A DNA stretch of 64,000 nucleotides from Gammaproteobacteria bacterium (GTDB lineage: Bacteria; Pseudomonadota; Gammaproteobacteria; Burkholderiales; SG8-39): NCBI GenBank assembly GCA_041496705.1, contig JBGQFD010000002.1, positions 17,938-81,937 of the forward strand. Direction: 5' to 3'. Under the pieces are notes generated by a model that was not told the origin of the DNA, did no database searches, and worked only from the letters and a program-made list of their open reading frames with translations. Of this stretch, positions 26,852 to 37,540 are shown piece by piece. Position numbers and translations under genes: made by a program. Every line of letters begins with the position of its first letter. Positions within the stretch are counted from its first letter, which is position 1.

Positions 26852-28085
26852 GCGCGCAGCCGTCCAGGAAGTTGATCAGGCTGGTATTGCGTAGCATGTT
26901 GCCATTCGCGAGGCGAAACGTGTCCGCGTCCTTGTCCAGTTGCGCGATGGGCGGCGCGATGCGCGGCACGGTGGGCATGAGGAGCGCGTCGACCGCGTAG
27001 TTCTCCCTGGAAAAGCTGTGCGCGAGGCGCGCCCGGGTCGCCAGCAACTCGATGTAGTCGGCCGCAAGGACGGACTTCCCCTTCAGGATCCGTTCGAACA
27101 CCCTCGGGTCGAACTCCCGCTCTCGCGCGAGGCGGTCGCGGTGAACCGTGTAGGCTTCCGGCGGCAAGATCCCCCCGAGGCGGTTGGCCTTCGCCGCCTC
27201 GTCGAATTCCGGCACCCGGATCTCCACGATCTTTGCGCCGCTTCGCGAGAGGCGCTGCATCGCGGACTGGAAGGCCTCGGCGACCTCGGTGTCGAGATCC
27301 TCGAGCACGTAATTCTTCGGGACACCCAGCCGCAGGCCGGGAAGCGCAGCCGCCTGAAGCGGGCGCGGCAGTTCGCCGGCGAGGACCTGGAATACGGTTG
27401 CGCAGCAACCGACCGTGGGCCCGAGAGGCCCGACCGAATCCAGCGTGGTCGACAGCGGAAACACCCCTTCGAGCGGAACGCGCGTTCGAGTCGGTTTGAA
27501 TCCCGCGATCCCGCACAGAGCTGCCGGGATGCGCACCGAGCCGCCGGTATCGGTGCCGAGCGCGAGCGCCGCCATCCCGTCGGTGACCGACACCGCGGCC
27601 CCGGAGGACGACCCGCCCGGAATTCTGCGAGTCTTCCGATCGTACGCATTCGCCGGCGTGCCGTAGTGCGGATTGATGCCGATTCCGGAAAAGGCGAACT
27701 CGGTCATGTTGCTGCGTCCGATGATGATGGCGCCCGCGGCGCGCAGCCGCGCGACTGCCGCCGCGTCCGCGCTCGCCGGCGGCGCCTCGCGCAGGATCTT
27801 CGATCCGGCCGTGGTCACGTCGCCGGAGATATCGAAAAGATCCTTGATCGAAACCGGCAATCCGGCGAGCGGAGAAGGCACGATGCTTTCTCTTCGCAGC
27901 CGGTCCGACGTATCGGCTGCAAGTCGCGCGTCCTGCGCGTGCACCTTGGTGAAGACGCGCACGCCCTCGCCGCCCGCGTCGGCGATCCGCGCGAGCGCCG
28001 CCTCGACGAGCTTGCGGCTGGTGGTTTTCCCCTCGGAAAGATCGCGCGCCAGTGCCGCGACCGGGCGGACAATCGCTTCAGCCAC
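26709..28085 (-). CDS. Amidase (amidase-signature family)
   Basis: 458 aa with a GTG start. AS motif IPGGSSSGAAVSVTDGMAALALGTDTGGSVRIPAALCG. Confidence 0.9.
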   Translation of the reverse strand: MAEAIVRPVAALARDLSEGKTTSRKLVEAALARIADAGGEGVRVFTKVHAQDARLAADTSDRLRRESIVPSPLAGLPVSIKDLFDISGDVTTAGSKILREAPPASADAAAVARLRAAGAIIIGRSNMTEFAFSGIGINPHYGTPANAYDRKTRRIPGGSSSGAAVSVTDGMAALALGTDTGGSVRIPAALCGIAGFKPTRTRVPLEGVFPLSTTLDSVGPLGPTVGCCATVFQVLAGELPRPLQAAALPGLRLGVPKNYVLEDLDTEVAEAFQSAMQRLSRSGAKIVEIRVPEFDEAAKANRLGGILPPEAYTVHRDRLAREREFDPRVFERILKGKSVLAADYIELLATRARLAHSFSRENYAVDALLMPTVPRIAPPIAQLDKDADTFRLANGNMLRNTSLINFLDGCALTLPIQPAREAPVGLMVVGFSGEDERVLSVGLAIETSLSYQGPVLVG

Positions 28086-28096
28086 GTCGATGCGCG

Positions 28097-28486
28097 CTAG
28101 GGCTTGGCGCTCTCATCGTAATAGTGCAACTCGAGCAGGAGACACCCCTTCTCCGACCTGAACGGGCCATGCGGCGTGCCCGGCGGGCGGCACGCGTAGG
28201 TGTTCGGACCGAACTTCGTGCCGCCTTTCCCGTTCTTGTCGCTGCCGACGATCAGGTCGCCGGAGACGAGGTAGACCTCCTCCCAGTATTCGTGTACGAA
28301 CGGCTCGGTCGTGTACACGCCCGGTGCGAAACGCAGGTGCCGAGTGCGGAAGCCGCGCCGGTTCTTCTCGTCGAGGAAACCCGACAGGATCTGCTGTTCG
28401 ATCCCGTCCGGATAGTCGGGAAGCGTCTCCCATCCAGCGTCCAGGTCAATCCGGTGGAACTCCTTGTGTTCCTTGTGAATCGTCAT
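28097..28486 (-). CDS. Cupin domain protein
   Basis: 129 aa. The cupin-like core is HEYWEEVYLVSGDL...PPGTPHGPF. It is tightly packed between the DUF2848 and amidase genes. Confidence 0.8.
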   Translation of the reverse strand: MTIHKEHKEFHRIDLDAGWETLPDYPDGIEQQILSGFLDEKNRRGFRTRHLRFAPGVYTTEPFVHEYWEEVYLVSGDLIVGSDKNGKGGTKFGPNTYACRPPGTPHGPFRSEKGCLLLELHYYDESAKP

Positions 28487-28495
28487 GTCTCTCTC

Positions 28496-29164
28496 TCAAT
28501 CTGCGATCGCAAGACAACGGGTCCAATAGCCATGCGTCAGGCTGCGATTCTTCAGCGCGTCGTGCAATTCAATTTCGAACCGCTCGCCCCCGCCGATTTC
28601 GCCGTGAACCGCGAGCGTGCCGCAGAACATTGCGCTCCCGACCGGGAGATCCCCGCCCGACTGCGCGAGACGCGCAAGCAGATCGCGCGGTGCCAGCATC
28701 CTGCTCACCGGGCCCTCCTGGTACAGGACGCGTTTGCCCTTGCGCGTCACATGGGAGCGCAGCACCAGAGCGTCCCAGCGATCTTCCACGTCGTCCAGTC
28801 GCCACAACGCCCGCCCCACGGGCTTGGGGCACATCTGCTTGGACACGGTGACGCCGTACGCTTCCACCTTCCGGTCGGTATGATCTGATCCCACGCCCAC
28901 GTAAAGGCCGTCGGGTGCGGAGATGAGCACGAACTCGACTTCACCGCTGGAATCCCCGCCCACGACCTCCAGATCCGTTTCCGTGGTGAGCAGGTTGGCC
29001 CCCAACCGATAGAAGCACGGCACGCTTCGCGGGCGCTTTACCCCGATCGCTGCGAGCTCCGCGATATGCTGTTCCACCGAGGCCGGATCGCGTCCGGTCC
29101 ATCCGGCGATGATAAGGGAGGAGATGCCGATATTTCGGGCCGCGTCTGCGACGGTGAATTCCAT
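28496..29164 (-). CDS. DUF2848 domain protein
   Basis: Start at MEFTV, with an AGGAAGGCAGGAA RBS region. SLIIAGWTGRD...GSDHTDRKVEAYGV...MFCGTL is typical of DUF2848. Confidence 0.75.
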   Translation of the reverse strand: MEFTVADAARNIGISSLIIAGWTGRDPASVEQHIAELAAIGVKRPRSVPCFYRLGANLLTTETDLEVVGGDSSGEVEFVLISAPDGLYVGVGSDHTDRKVEAYGVTVSKQMCPKPVGRALWRLDDVEDRWDALVLRSHVTRKGKRVLYQEGPVSRMLAPRDLLARLAQSGGDLPVGSAMFCGTLAVHGEIGGGERFEIELHDALKNRSLTHGYWTRCLAIAD

Positions 29165-29269
29165 TTCCTGCCTTCCTGAATCGTTCAGGTTTCGCTTGCA
29201 CGGCAACTCTAACCGAGGGCCGAGCAATGTCAACTGCGCATCGCGTTCGAACCCTGCACCGTCTGAGCG

Positions 29270-30169
29270 TCAGTCCCGCGCCTTGCCACCCAGTTCCGCG
29301 GCCAGGAAGTCCACGAAGGCTTTGCGGGTGACTGAGGCGAAGCGCCCGGGCGGAAAGACCGCATACAGTCCGGAAGGTTCGGGCCGGCGGTCCTCCAGTA
29401 TCACGCGCAGCCGTCGGCGCTTCAGGTAGGGCTCGAACATGAGATCGGGGCCGACGACGATGCCCTGGCCCGCCAGCAGCGCGTGGGTGAGCAGCACCGC
29501 GCTGTTCGTACCCAGATTTCCGGAGAGCAGTACCGGTTTGCCTCGCGTGCCTTCGCTGCCAAACGGCCAGCGTGCACGCGACTGGAACTCCGAGTAGCTC
29601 AGACAGTTGTGGTTTCTGAGTTCTTTGGGTGTGCGAGGGCAGCCGTGGCGCTTCAGGTAGGCGGGCGAAGCCACCGCCTGGAAGCGCACGTCGCGCAGTT
29701 TGCGGCACATGAGGCTGGAGTCGTTGAGGTTGCCGATTCTGAGTGCGAGGTCAAAGCCCTCTTCGATGGGGTCCACCTGCAGGCTGGTGACGCGCACATC
29801 GAGCTGCACGTCGGGATACTTTTCCTGGAAACGCGAGATGAGCCGCCCTACCGGTGAGACCACCAGGGTCTGCGGCAGGGTGACGCGCAGCAGGCCCCGC
29901 GCCCGTTCCGGCGCCGAAGTCGCGAACGCGGCTGCGCGCTCCGCTACGTGCTCCAGGTCCTTGCAATGCACATGGAAGCGCTCGCCCGCCTCGGTGAGGG
30001 ACAAGCTGTGGGTGGAGCGGTAGAGCAGCTGCTGGCCGAGCTCGCTCTCAAGTGCCGAGACGTGCCGGCTCACCACCGACTTGGACAGTTGCAGGCGAGC
30101 CGCCGCCTTGGTGAAGCTGCCGGTCTTGACGACCTCGGCAAAGCTCGACATGAGTTCGAGCAGGTTCAT
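29270..30169 (-). CDS. LysR family transcriptional regulator
   Basis: MNLLELMSSFAEVVKTGSFTKAAARLQLSKSVVSRHVSALE is the wHTH. Divergent from the CMD-family operon. Confidence 0.9.
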   Translation of the reverse strand: MNLLELMSSFAEVVKTGSFTKAAARLQLSKSVVSRHVSALESELGQQLLYRSTHSLSLTEAGERFHVHCKDLEHVAERAAAFATSAPERARGLLRVTLPQTLVVSPVGRLISRFQEKYPDVQLDVRVTSLQVDPIEEGFDLALRIGNLNDSSLMCRKLRDVRFQAVASPAYLKRHGCPRTPKELRNHNCLSYSEFQSRARWPFGSEGTRGKPVLLSGNLGTNSAVLLTHALLAGQGIVVGPDLMFEPYLKRRRLRVILEDRRPEPSGLYAVFPPGRFASVTRKAFVDFLAAELGGKARD

Positions 30170-30277
30170 GGGGACAGATCCGGTAATGAAGATTTTGCAA
30201 CAACGAGTTCCTTTGACGCAGGATACCAAGTTTTCACGCAACGCTCATAATGTCCCCGACTGACACAGGAGGGTGGC

Positions 30278-30931
30278 ATGACCAAGCAGCGCATCAGCTA
30301 TGTTCCCCTGGACAAGATGAGCCCGGAAATGCAGAACGAGATGGAGCGCTGCGCGCGCGAAGGCACCCCGCGTCCGGAAAGCAGTGCCGTTCGCGCCCAC
30401 GTGCCGGACTGTTTCTGGTTCTTCGCCGACTCTTGGAACAAGGTCTTCCGGAACGGCGTGCTCGACCATGCCATCAAGGAGTTGTGCCGCGTCTATGTAT
30501 CGCGCTCGGTAGTCTGCGAGTTCTGCGGCAACCAGCGCTCGATCAAGGGCGCGAACCAGGGCCTGAAGGAAACCCATTACGACGACTTGGTGAACTTCGA
30601 AAAGTCGCTCAAGTACGATGCCCGCCAGAAAGCCGCGCTCGCCTATGCCGAGGCCATCGTCTGGCGCACCGAGACTGACGACGCGTTCTGGGAGAGGATG
30701 GCCAGGCATTTCAGCGAACCCGAACTGGTCGAACTGGGCTGCGCGGTTGGCCTCACCTTCGGCCAGCAAAGCTGGCTGCGCCTCTTGAACATCGACCACC
30801 ACCAGGTGATGGCCGGGCACTCGGGTTCCATGGCCCCGGGCTTCGAGACCCCCGAGGCGCTCACGAAGGCCAAATCCGCGCCGGACTACTGGGCGAAAAA
30901 ACAATCGGCATCGAGGAAGAACGCTGCCTGA
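30278..30931 (+). CDS. Carboxymuconolactone decarboxylase (AhpD-like) family protein
   Basis: 217 aa with a CAGGAGG RBS. Contains a CMD-type CxxC context (VVCEFCGNQR). Confidence 0.8.
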   Translation: MTKQRISYVPLDKMSPEMQNEMERCAREGTPRPESSAVRAHVPDCFWFFADSWNKVFRNGVLDHAIKELCRVYVSRSVVCEFCGNQRSIKGANQGLKETHYDDLVNFEKSLKYDARQKAALAYAEAIVWRTETDDAFWERMARHFSEPELVELGCAVGLTFGQQSWLRLLNIDHHQVMAGHSGSMAPGFETPEALTKAKSAPDYWAKKQSASRKNAA

Positions 30932-30959
30932 TCTGTCGTTCCACGACAAGGAGGATGCC

Positions 30960-31838
30960 ATGCCGAAATTCGTCATCTCGCCGCACTTCCGGCTGCAGGA
31001 ATGGGTGGCCGAGGAAAAGGGATACTTCAAGGCGGAAGGCCTCGACTACGAGTTCCGCGACAACTACGGGCCCGGCGACGTAGCGAAAAAGCACGCTACA
31101 CCGAACAAGATCGGCGCCTTCCAGAGCATCGAGCAGGGCCGCGCATGCGACGTGAGCGGCGCCTGCCACTGGACGGTCAACGTGGCCGCATCGACCGGGC
31201 ACGGCAAGCTCTACGCCGACGCCTACTCGGTGGCGCCCTGCGGCGTCTTCGTGCCGCCGGAATCGGATATCCGGCACCCCGGCGATCTGAAAGGCGTGCC
31301 GATCTCGGTCGGCTACCAGTCGGGCAGCCACTATTCGACCATCCAGGGCCTGGAGCAGTATCTGTCGCTCGACGACATCAAGCTATCCTTTGCCGACGGC
31401 CTCTTGTTCAGCCGCCTGGAGAAGCTCGTCGACCGCACGGTGCCGGCGGCGTCACTGTTCAGTGGCCCGTACTATTTTCTCGAACAGCTCGGGTTTCGCA
31501 AGCTCATCGACACGACCTTCATGATGGCAACCTCCATCTCGGGCAACCCGGACCCGGAGGACCTGCGCAAGTATTTCCGGGCCTTGCGTCGCGCGCAGCG
31601 CGACATCGACCTGAGGCCGGAGCTCTTCACGCACTACTACAAGAAGGAGTTCCCGGCGCGGTTCATCCCGCAGATGGATACCCGGCGCTGGGGCCCGGGC
31701 GAGCGCATCGTGTTCGAACCCTACACGAAGGAAGTGTTCGATCAATCGTTCAAGTGGATCGCCGAGCGCGGCATCTTCGCCGACGGCGATATGGGTCCGG
31801 GCAAGTACGAGGATTCGGTCATTTCTCTGGCGGCCTAG
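30960..31838 (+). CDS. Leaderless NMT1/THI5-like PBP-fold protein, paralog A
   Basis: 292 aa with an AGGAGG RBS and no signal peptide. It shares blocks with 32876..33775 (GACHW/CACLWG; VPISVGYQSGSHY/VPIAVGMRAGSHF; GERIVFEPY/GERFVYKPI). Confidence 0.8.
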   Translation: MPKFVISPHFRLQEWVAEEKGYFKAEGLDYEFRDNYGPGDVAKKHATPNKIGAFQSIEQGRACDVSGACHWTVNVAASTGHGKLYADAYSVAPCGVFVPPESDIRHPGDLKGVPISVGYQSGSHYSTIQGLEQYLSLDDIKLSFADGLLFSRLEKLVDRTVPAASLFSGPYYFLEQLGFRKLIDTTFMMATSISGNPDPEDLRKYFRALRRAQRDIDLRPELFTHYYKKEFPARFIPQMDTRRWGPGERIVFEPYTKEVFDQSFKWIAERGIFADGDMGPGKYEDSVISLAA

Positions 31839-31840
31839 GC

Positions 31841-32749
31841 CTACTCGAAGTTCATCCCGAACGCTTCCGGCGGCTTTGGCCCCCAGACGTACAGCGAATC
31901 CTCGGCCGGATAGTTCGTCGGCTTCCAGCCCGAGTCCGCCGGGATGTAGTCGATGTCGCAGAAGTATTCGGCCATGCTGCCCCAGGGATCGCGGATGTAG
32001 TGGAAGAAGTTCGAGCCTATGACGTGCCGGCCGAAACCCCAGCCGTCTTTGTAGCCTTTGTCGAGCAGCTTGCACGCACCCATGCCGATCTCGTCGACGT
32101 TGCCGACCTCGAAGCTCGCGTGATGGAAGCCGGGCCGGTCCGAGGTGATGAAGCCGAAGATGTGATGGTCGCTGCCGCCGTGGCCGCGCATGAAGGCGAC
32201 GATGTCCTGCGCGCGATCCGACAGCTGCAAGCCGACCGCACGCGTGTAGAAGTCGAGCATCTTCTCGAACTGCGGTGTGAAGCGTAGCGTGTGGCCAAGG
32301 CGGGTCGGCCGGACGGGGACGTCGCGCTTTGGATGACCCGGGACGCCAGACCGATTCAAGTGGCCGGGATTGTTGATCTTCCATTCCGGAGCCGTGAGCC
32401 ATGGCTTGGGTTCGGCAACACGCATGTTAACGAGCAGTCCATCCGGGTCGCGAAACCAGACCCCATCCGAGGGCGTCTCTTTCGGCGCGTCGACGAGCTT
32501 CACGCCGTTCTGCTCGAGCCGCTTCTTTGTCGCCTCCATGTCCTCGGCGCGTGTGCCGAAGCACACGTGATGCATGTGCTTCTTCGTTGCCTCCACGAGG
32601 ATCATCTGGTCCTGGTCGCGGCCATGGCAGCGCATCACGATACGCTTGTCGAATTCACGGCCTTCCATTCCGAAATCGGTGTAGAACTTCCTGCCGACCG
32701 CGGGATCGGGCACTCCCAGCGCCACGTGCTGCAAATTACGGACCGTCAT
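31841..32749 (-). CDS. VOC-superfamily extradiol ring-cleavage dioxygenase (two-domain, type I)
   Basis: Start at MTVRNLQHVALGV, with a GAGGAGGAGGG RBS. Two glyoxalase-like repeats, then HHASFEV...HYIRDPWG. Confidence 0.85.
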   Translation of the reverse strand: MTVRNLQHVALGVPDPAVGRKFYTDFGMEGREFDKRIVMRCHGRDQDQMILVEATKKHMHHVCFGTRAEDMEATKKRLEQNGVKLVDAPKETPSDGVWFRDPDGLLVNMRVAEPKPWLTAPEWKINNPGHLNRSGVPGHPKRDVPVRPTRLGHTLRFTPQFEKMLDFYTRAVGLQLSDRAQDIVAFMRGHGGSDHHIFGFITSDRPGFHHASFEVGNVDEIGMGACKLLDKGYKDGWGFGRHVIGSNFFHYIRDPWGSMAEYFCDIDYIPADSGWKPTNYPAEDSLYVWGPKPPEAFGMNFE

Positions 32750-32875
32750 TGCCTGCCCTCCTCCTCGATACGATTTGCCCTGGACAATTGTAACGCCAAG
32801 CAAGGCCCATCCGGTTCCGACTCCACCGCTGACATCGCCTATACTTGAACGGCTATTTCATTGCGCGAGGTAACT

Positions 32876-33775
32876 ATGCCGACCGCCTCCACTCTCCTGC
32901 ACGTCAAAGTCGCGCCGAAAGGCATGGGGCTCAACGATTTCGTCGCCCACGAGGAAGGGTTCTACGCCGACGAAGGCATCGACGTCGAGCTCGACTGGAA
33001 AACTTTCCGCGGCACCCAGTCGAGCTGGAAGAAATACGACTACTTCCAGCGGCCGCAGGACAAACCCTATGCCGCCGGTGCGAGCGAACAGGTCGTGCAG
33101 TGCGCCTGTCTTTGGGGAACGATCAGCAACGCTAGCGCCGGCATGGGCCGCATGGTGGCCGACTGCCACGGCGTTTCGCCCTGGGCGATCTTCGTTCGCC
33201 CGGAATCGAAAGTCCGCAAGCCCGAGGATCTGAGCGACGTTCCCATCGCCGTCGGCATGCGCGCCGGAAGCCACTTCAACGTGCCCTTCCGCCTGGAGAA
33301 GGTCATGCCTCTCGAGCACGTCAAGACGGTCAACGTCGGCGGCTTCGGCGCGCGCCTCGCGGCACTCCTCAACAAGGAGATCGAAGCGGCGAGCCTCCTG
33401 CCGCCGCAGATCGACATGGCAAAGGAGCTCGGGCTCCGCGAAATCATCGCCGACGAATTCCACACGCTTTGGTGGGTGCCGGAATCGGCCCCGGCCGATG
33501 GTGTGCGAGGGTATCTCCGGGCGCTTGACCGCGCCGAACGCGCGCTCGAGGCCGATCTGCCGAAGTACCTGCCGTTATGGAAGCACTGCGTGCCGCCCGA
33601 ATTCCAGGACCGCGAATGGGACTACAGCCGATTCTCCCGCGGCGAGCGCTTCGTCTACAAGCCGATCTCACGTGAGGAGTTCGAAGGCGTGTTCGAGCAG
33701 GTGAAACGCTGGGGGCTCGATCAGCACCTCAAGGAGCGCTCCTTCGACAAGCTGATCTACCACGCCGCGTCCTGA
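32876..33775 (+). CDS. Leaderless NMT1/THI5-like PBP-fold protein, paralog B
   Basis: See paralog A. No signal peptide. Confidence 0.8.
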   Translation: MPTASTLLHVKVAPKGMGLNDFVAHEEGFYADEGIDVELDWKTFRGTQSSWKKYDYFQRPQDKPYAAGASEQVVQCACLWGTISNASAGMGRMVADCHGVSPWAIFVRPESKVRKPEDLSDVPIAVGMRAGSHFNVPFRLEKVMPLEHVKTVNVGGFGARLAALLNKEIEAASLLPPQIDMAKELGLREIIADEFHTLWWVPESAPADGVRGYLRALDRAERALEADLPKYLPLWKHCVPPEFQDREWDYSRFSRGERFVYKPISREEFEGVFEQVKRWGLDQHLKERSFDKLIYHAAS

Positions 33776-33787
33776 CCACGATCTCCC

Positions 33788-34558
33788 ATGGCGACGAGGG
33801 ATCAACGCCCTTCACACACCGCGCTGGTCACCGGTGCCGGCCGCGGAATCGGCTTGGCGACTGCCGAGGCGCTACTCGCGGCTGGGCATCACGTCGCCAT
33901 CATCGACCGTGATGCTGAAACCCTGCGCGCCGCGGCAGCGCGGCTGCCCTCGGACCGGGTGCTCGCGCTCGTCCAGGACATCGCTCATCCCGACGCAGGA
34001 AAAAAGCTTGACGAGGCGATACGCGCGCGCTGGGAGCCGGTGACCATCCTCATCAACAACGCGGGCATCCCTTCGCCGCGCCGCGGCGGCCGCACTGCGG
34101 GCCTACTCGAAATGACGGTGGAGGAATGGAACGCCGTTCTGGAGGTCAATCTGTCCGCGGCGCTTCGATTGTGCCGCGCCTTCATTCCGTTCATGCGCGA
34201 GCGGCGCTGGGGACGCATCGTCAACGTGTCGTCCCTCGCCGGGCGCTCGCGAACCTATGTCTCGGGCGTGAGCTACATGGCGGCCAAGGCCGGCCTGCTA
34301 GCACTCTCGCGCTCGATCGCTGGCGAGTTCGGCCGGGACGGCATCACCGCGAATTGCGTTGCGCCCGGCTACATCGATACGGCGATGGCGGCGCTGCACG
34401 GCTCGGAAAAGAACGTGGAGATTGCAAAGAATATTCCGCTCGGTCGCGCCGGCACCCCGCAGGAGGTGGCGGCCGCCATCGCGTTTCTCGCCTCGGAGGA
34501 GGCGGGCTACATGACCGGCGCGGTCATCGACGTGAACGGCGGCATTTTCATGGCCTAG
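33788..34558 (+). CDS. SDR family oxidoreductase (FabG-like)
   Basis: TGAGRGIG, NNAG and the YMAAK catalytic YxxxK. Confidence 0.9.
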   Translation: MATRDQRPSHTALVTGAGRGIGLATAEALLAAGHHVAIIDRDAETLRAAAARLPSDRVLALVQDIAHPDAGKKLDEAIRARWEPVTILINNAGIPSPRRGGRTAGLLEMTVEEWNAVLEVNLSAALRLCRAFIPFMRERRWGRIVNVSSLAGRSRTYVSGVSYMAAKAGLLALSRSIAGEFGRDGITANCVAPGYIDTAMAALHGSEKNVEIAKNIPLGRAGTPQEVAAAIAFLASEEAGYMTGAVIDVNGGIFMA

Positions 34559-34651
34559 CGGCGCGAGAGTTGGGATCCTGCCCACCTCGATTTCGGCGCA
34601 TTCTCTGGCAGAATGACGCAAACTCGAACGAACCGACAAAGGAGACAAGCC

Positions 34652-35604
<953 letters not shown>

Positions 35605-35617
<13 letters not shown>

Positions 35618-37536
35618 CGCAGGGTGCCGCCAAGAGCGCGCAAAGCGCGCTGGCCGCTCTTCTCATCGCCGGCTCGATCGCCTGGTCGCTCGACCTGTTC
35701 CGGGCGGTCGGGCTGGTGCTGTTCGCCGAGCAGTTCGCCGCCGCCGCCTACGGCATCGGTCTCTCGCTCACCTTCCTGCGCTTCGGGTTCAGGAGCCAGG
35801 CGATTGCCGAGGCAGAGCAGTCCGGGGGCGTTTTGCCGGCGCCGTGGTACGACTGGGCGTGCGCGGCGGTCTCCTTCATCGCCTGCGCCTATGTCACGGT
35901 CAAGTTCCCGCAGCTGACCGCGCTCGCGAGCAGCCTGACGGCCGAGACGCTGATCCTGTCGGTGGTATTGACGGTTCTGACGATCGAGGCGGTGCGCCGC
36001 ACGATCGGCTGGTCGCTCGTCATCATCCTGCTCGCGATCGGCGGCTACTGCCTCATCGGATACTTGGTCCCGGGTCAGCTGCAGACGCGCAAGGTCGATC
36101 TGTCCGAGCTCCTGATCTACCTCAACCTCGACAACAATGGCCTGCTCGGAGTGATCCTGCAGATCACCGTGATCATCATCATCCCGTTCGTGCTGATGGG
36201 GCAGCTGCTGATGCGCTCGGGCGGCTCGGGTTTCTTCAACGACGCCGCGATCGCGCTGATGGGGCGCTACCGCGGCGGCGCGGCGAAGATGGCGGTGATC
36301 GGCTCGAGCCTGTTCGGCATGATCTCCGGTATCGCCGCGGCCAACGCCGTGGCGGTCGGCGTCGTGACCATTCCGCTCATGAAGCGCTCGGGGATGCCGG
36401 CGCGCCTCGCCGGCGCGATCGAGGCCTGCGCCTCCAACGGCGGCCAGCTGATGCCGCCGGTGATGGGTGCGGTCGCGTTTGTGATGGCCGATTTCCTGCA
36501 GATACCCTACAAGGAAGTCGCGATCGCGGCGATCCTGCCCTCGGTGCTGTACTACGCGGCGCTCTTCATCCAGGCCGACCTCGAGGCGGCGCGCTACGGC
36601 TTCGGCAAGGTCGAAGCTCAGAAGATCCCTCGCATCTCGACCGTGCTCGTCGGCGGTTGGCTGTTCCTCGCGCCGTTCGCGGCCCTGGTCTACACGATGT
36701 TCGTGCTCAACCTCGAGCCCGAGTACGCGGCGATGGCGGCGAGCGCGGTGATCATCGTGCTCGGCTTCGCCGTCGGCTACGCCGGCCATCGCATGAAGCT
36801 CAAGGACATCTGGGAGGCGATCGTCGAGACCGGCGGTGGGCTGTGCGAGATCCTCGTGATCTCGGCCGCGGCGGGGTTCATCATGGGCCTGTTCCAGGTG
36901 AGCGGCCTCGCCTTCGCCTTCGCCGCCTATCTCGTGAATCTCGGCGGGCAGAGCCTGATCCTGCTGCTGCTGCTCGCCGCGGTGGTCAGCATCATTCTGG
37001 GCATGGGGCTGCCGACGCTCGGCGTCTACGTGCTGCTCGCGATTCTTGTCGCCCCGGCGCTGGTGAAGGTCGGCGTGCCGCCGCTCGCCGCGCACATGTT
37101 CATCCTGTACTTCGGCATGATGTCGCTGATTACGCCGCCGGTGGCGCCCGCGGCCTACGTCGCCGCGGCGATTGCCGGCTCGCCCTCGATGGCTACCGGC
37201 TGGACGGCGATGCGTTTCGGCTGGAGCGCCTATATCGTGCCGTTCCTCTTCGTCTATTCACCCGCGATTCTCTTCATGGGCGACCTTGCCGATATCGTCA
37301 TCGTCACAGCCACCTCGCTGACCGGAATCTGGCTCATCTGCGCGGCGATGACGGGCTACTTCGTCCGTGTGCTCGATCTTCCGATGCGCCTCGGTTTTGT
37401 CTCTGCGGGGATCATGCTCATGCTCCCGCACCAGGTGTCGACCGCAATGCTCTGGGTCAACGCCGCGGGGGGCGCGCTGGGCGTTGCCCTCGTGGTCCTC
37501 GAGCTGAAGGCGCGGCGCGGGCCGGCGCTCGCTTGA
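35605..37536 (+). CDS. TRAP transporter fused permease (TAXI-type)
   Basis: 643-aa polytopic membrane protein overlapping the end of the TAXI gene. The start is uncertain; TTG at 35605 is the first in-frame candidate. Confidence 0.85.
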
Positions 37537-37540
37537 ATCT

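Noticed and set aside
30170-30277. LysR-binding site in the LysR/CMD divergent region (two T-N-ACGCA half-sites, TGACGCAG and TCACGCAA, about 21 bp apart)
   Set aside because: The motif is short and was spotted by eye only. There is no clear T-N11-A dyad, so it cannot be distinguished from chance.
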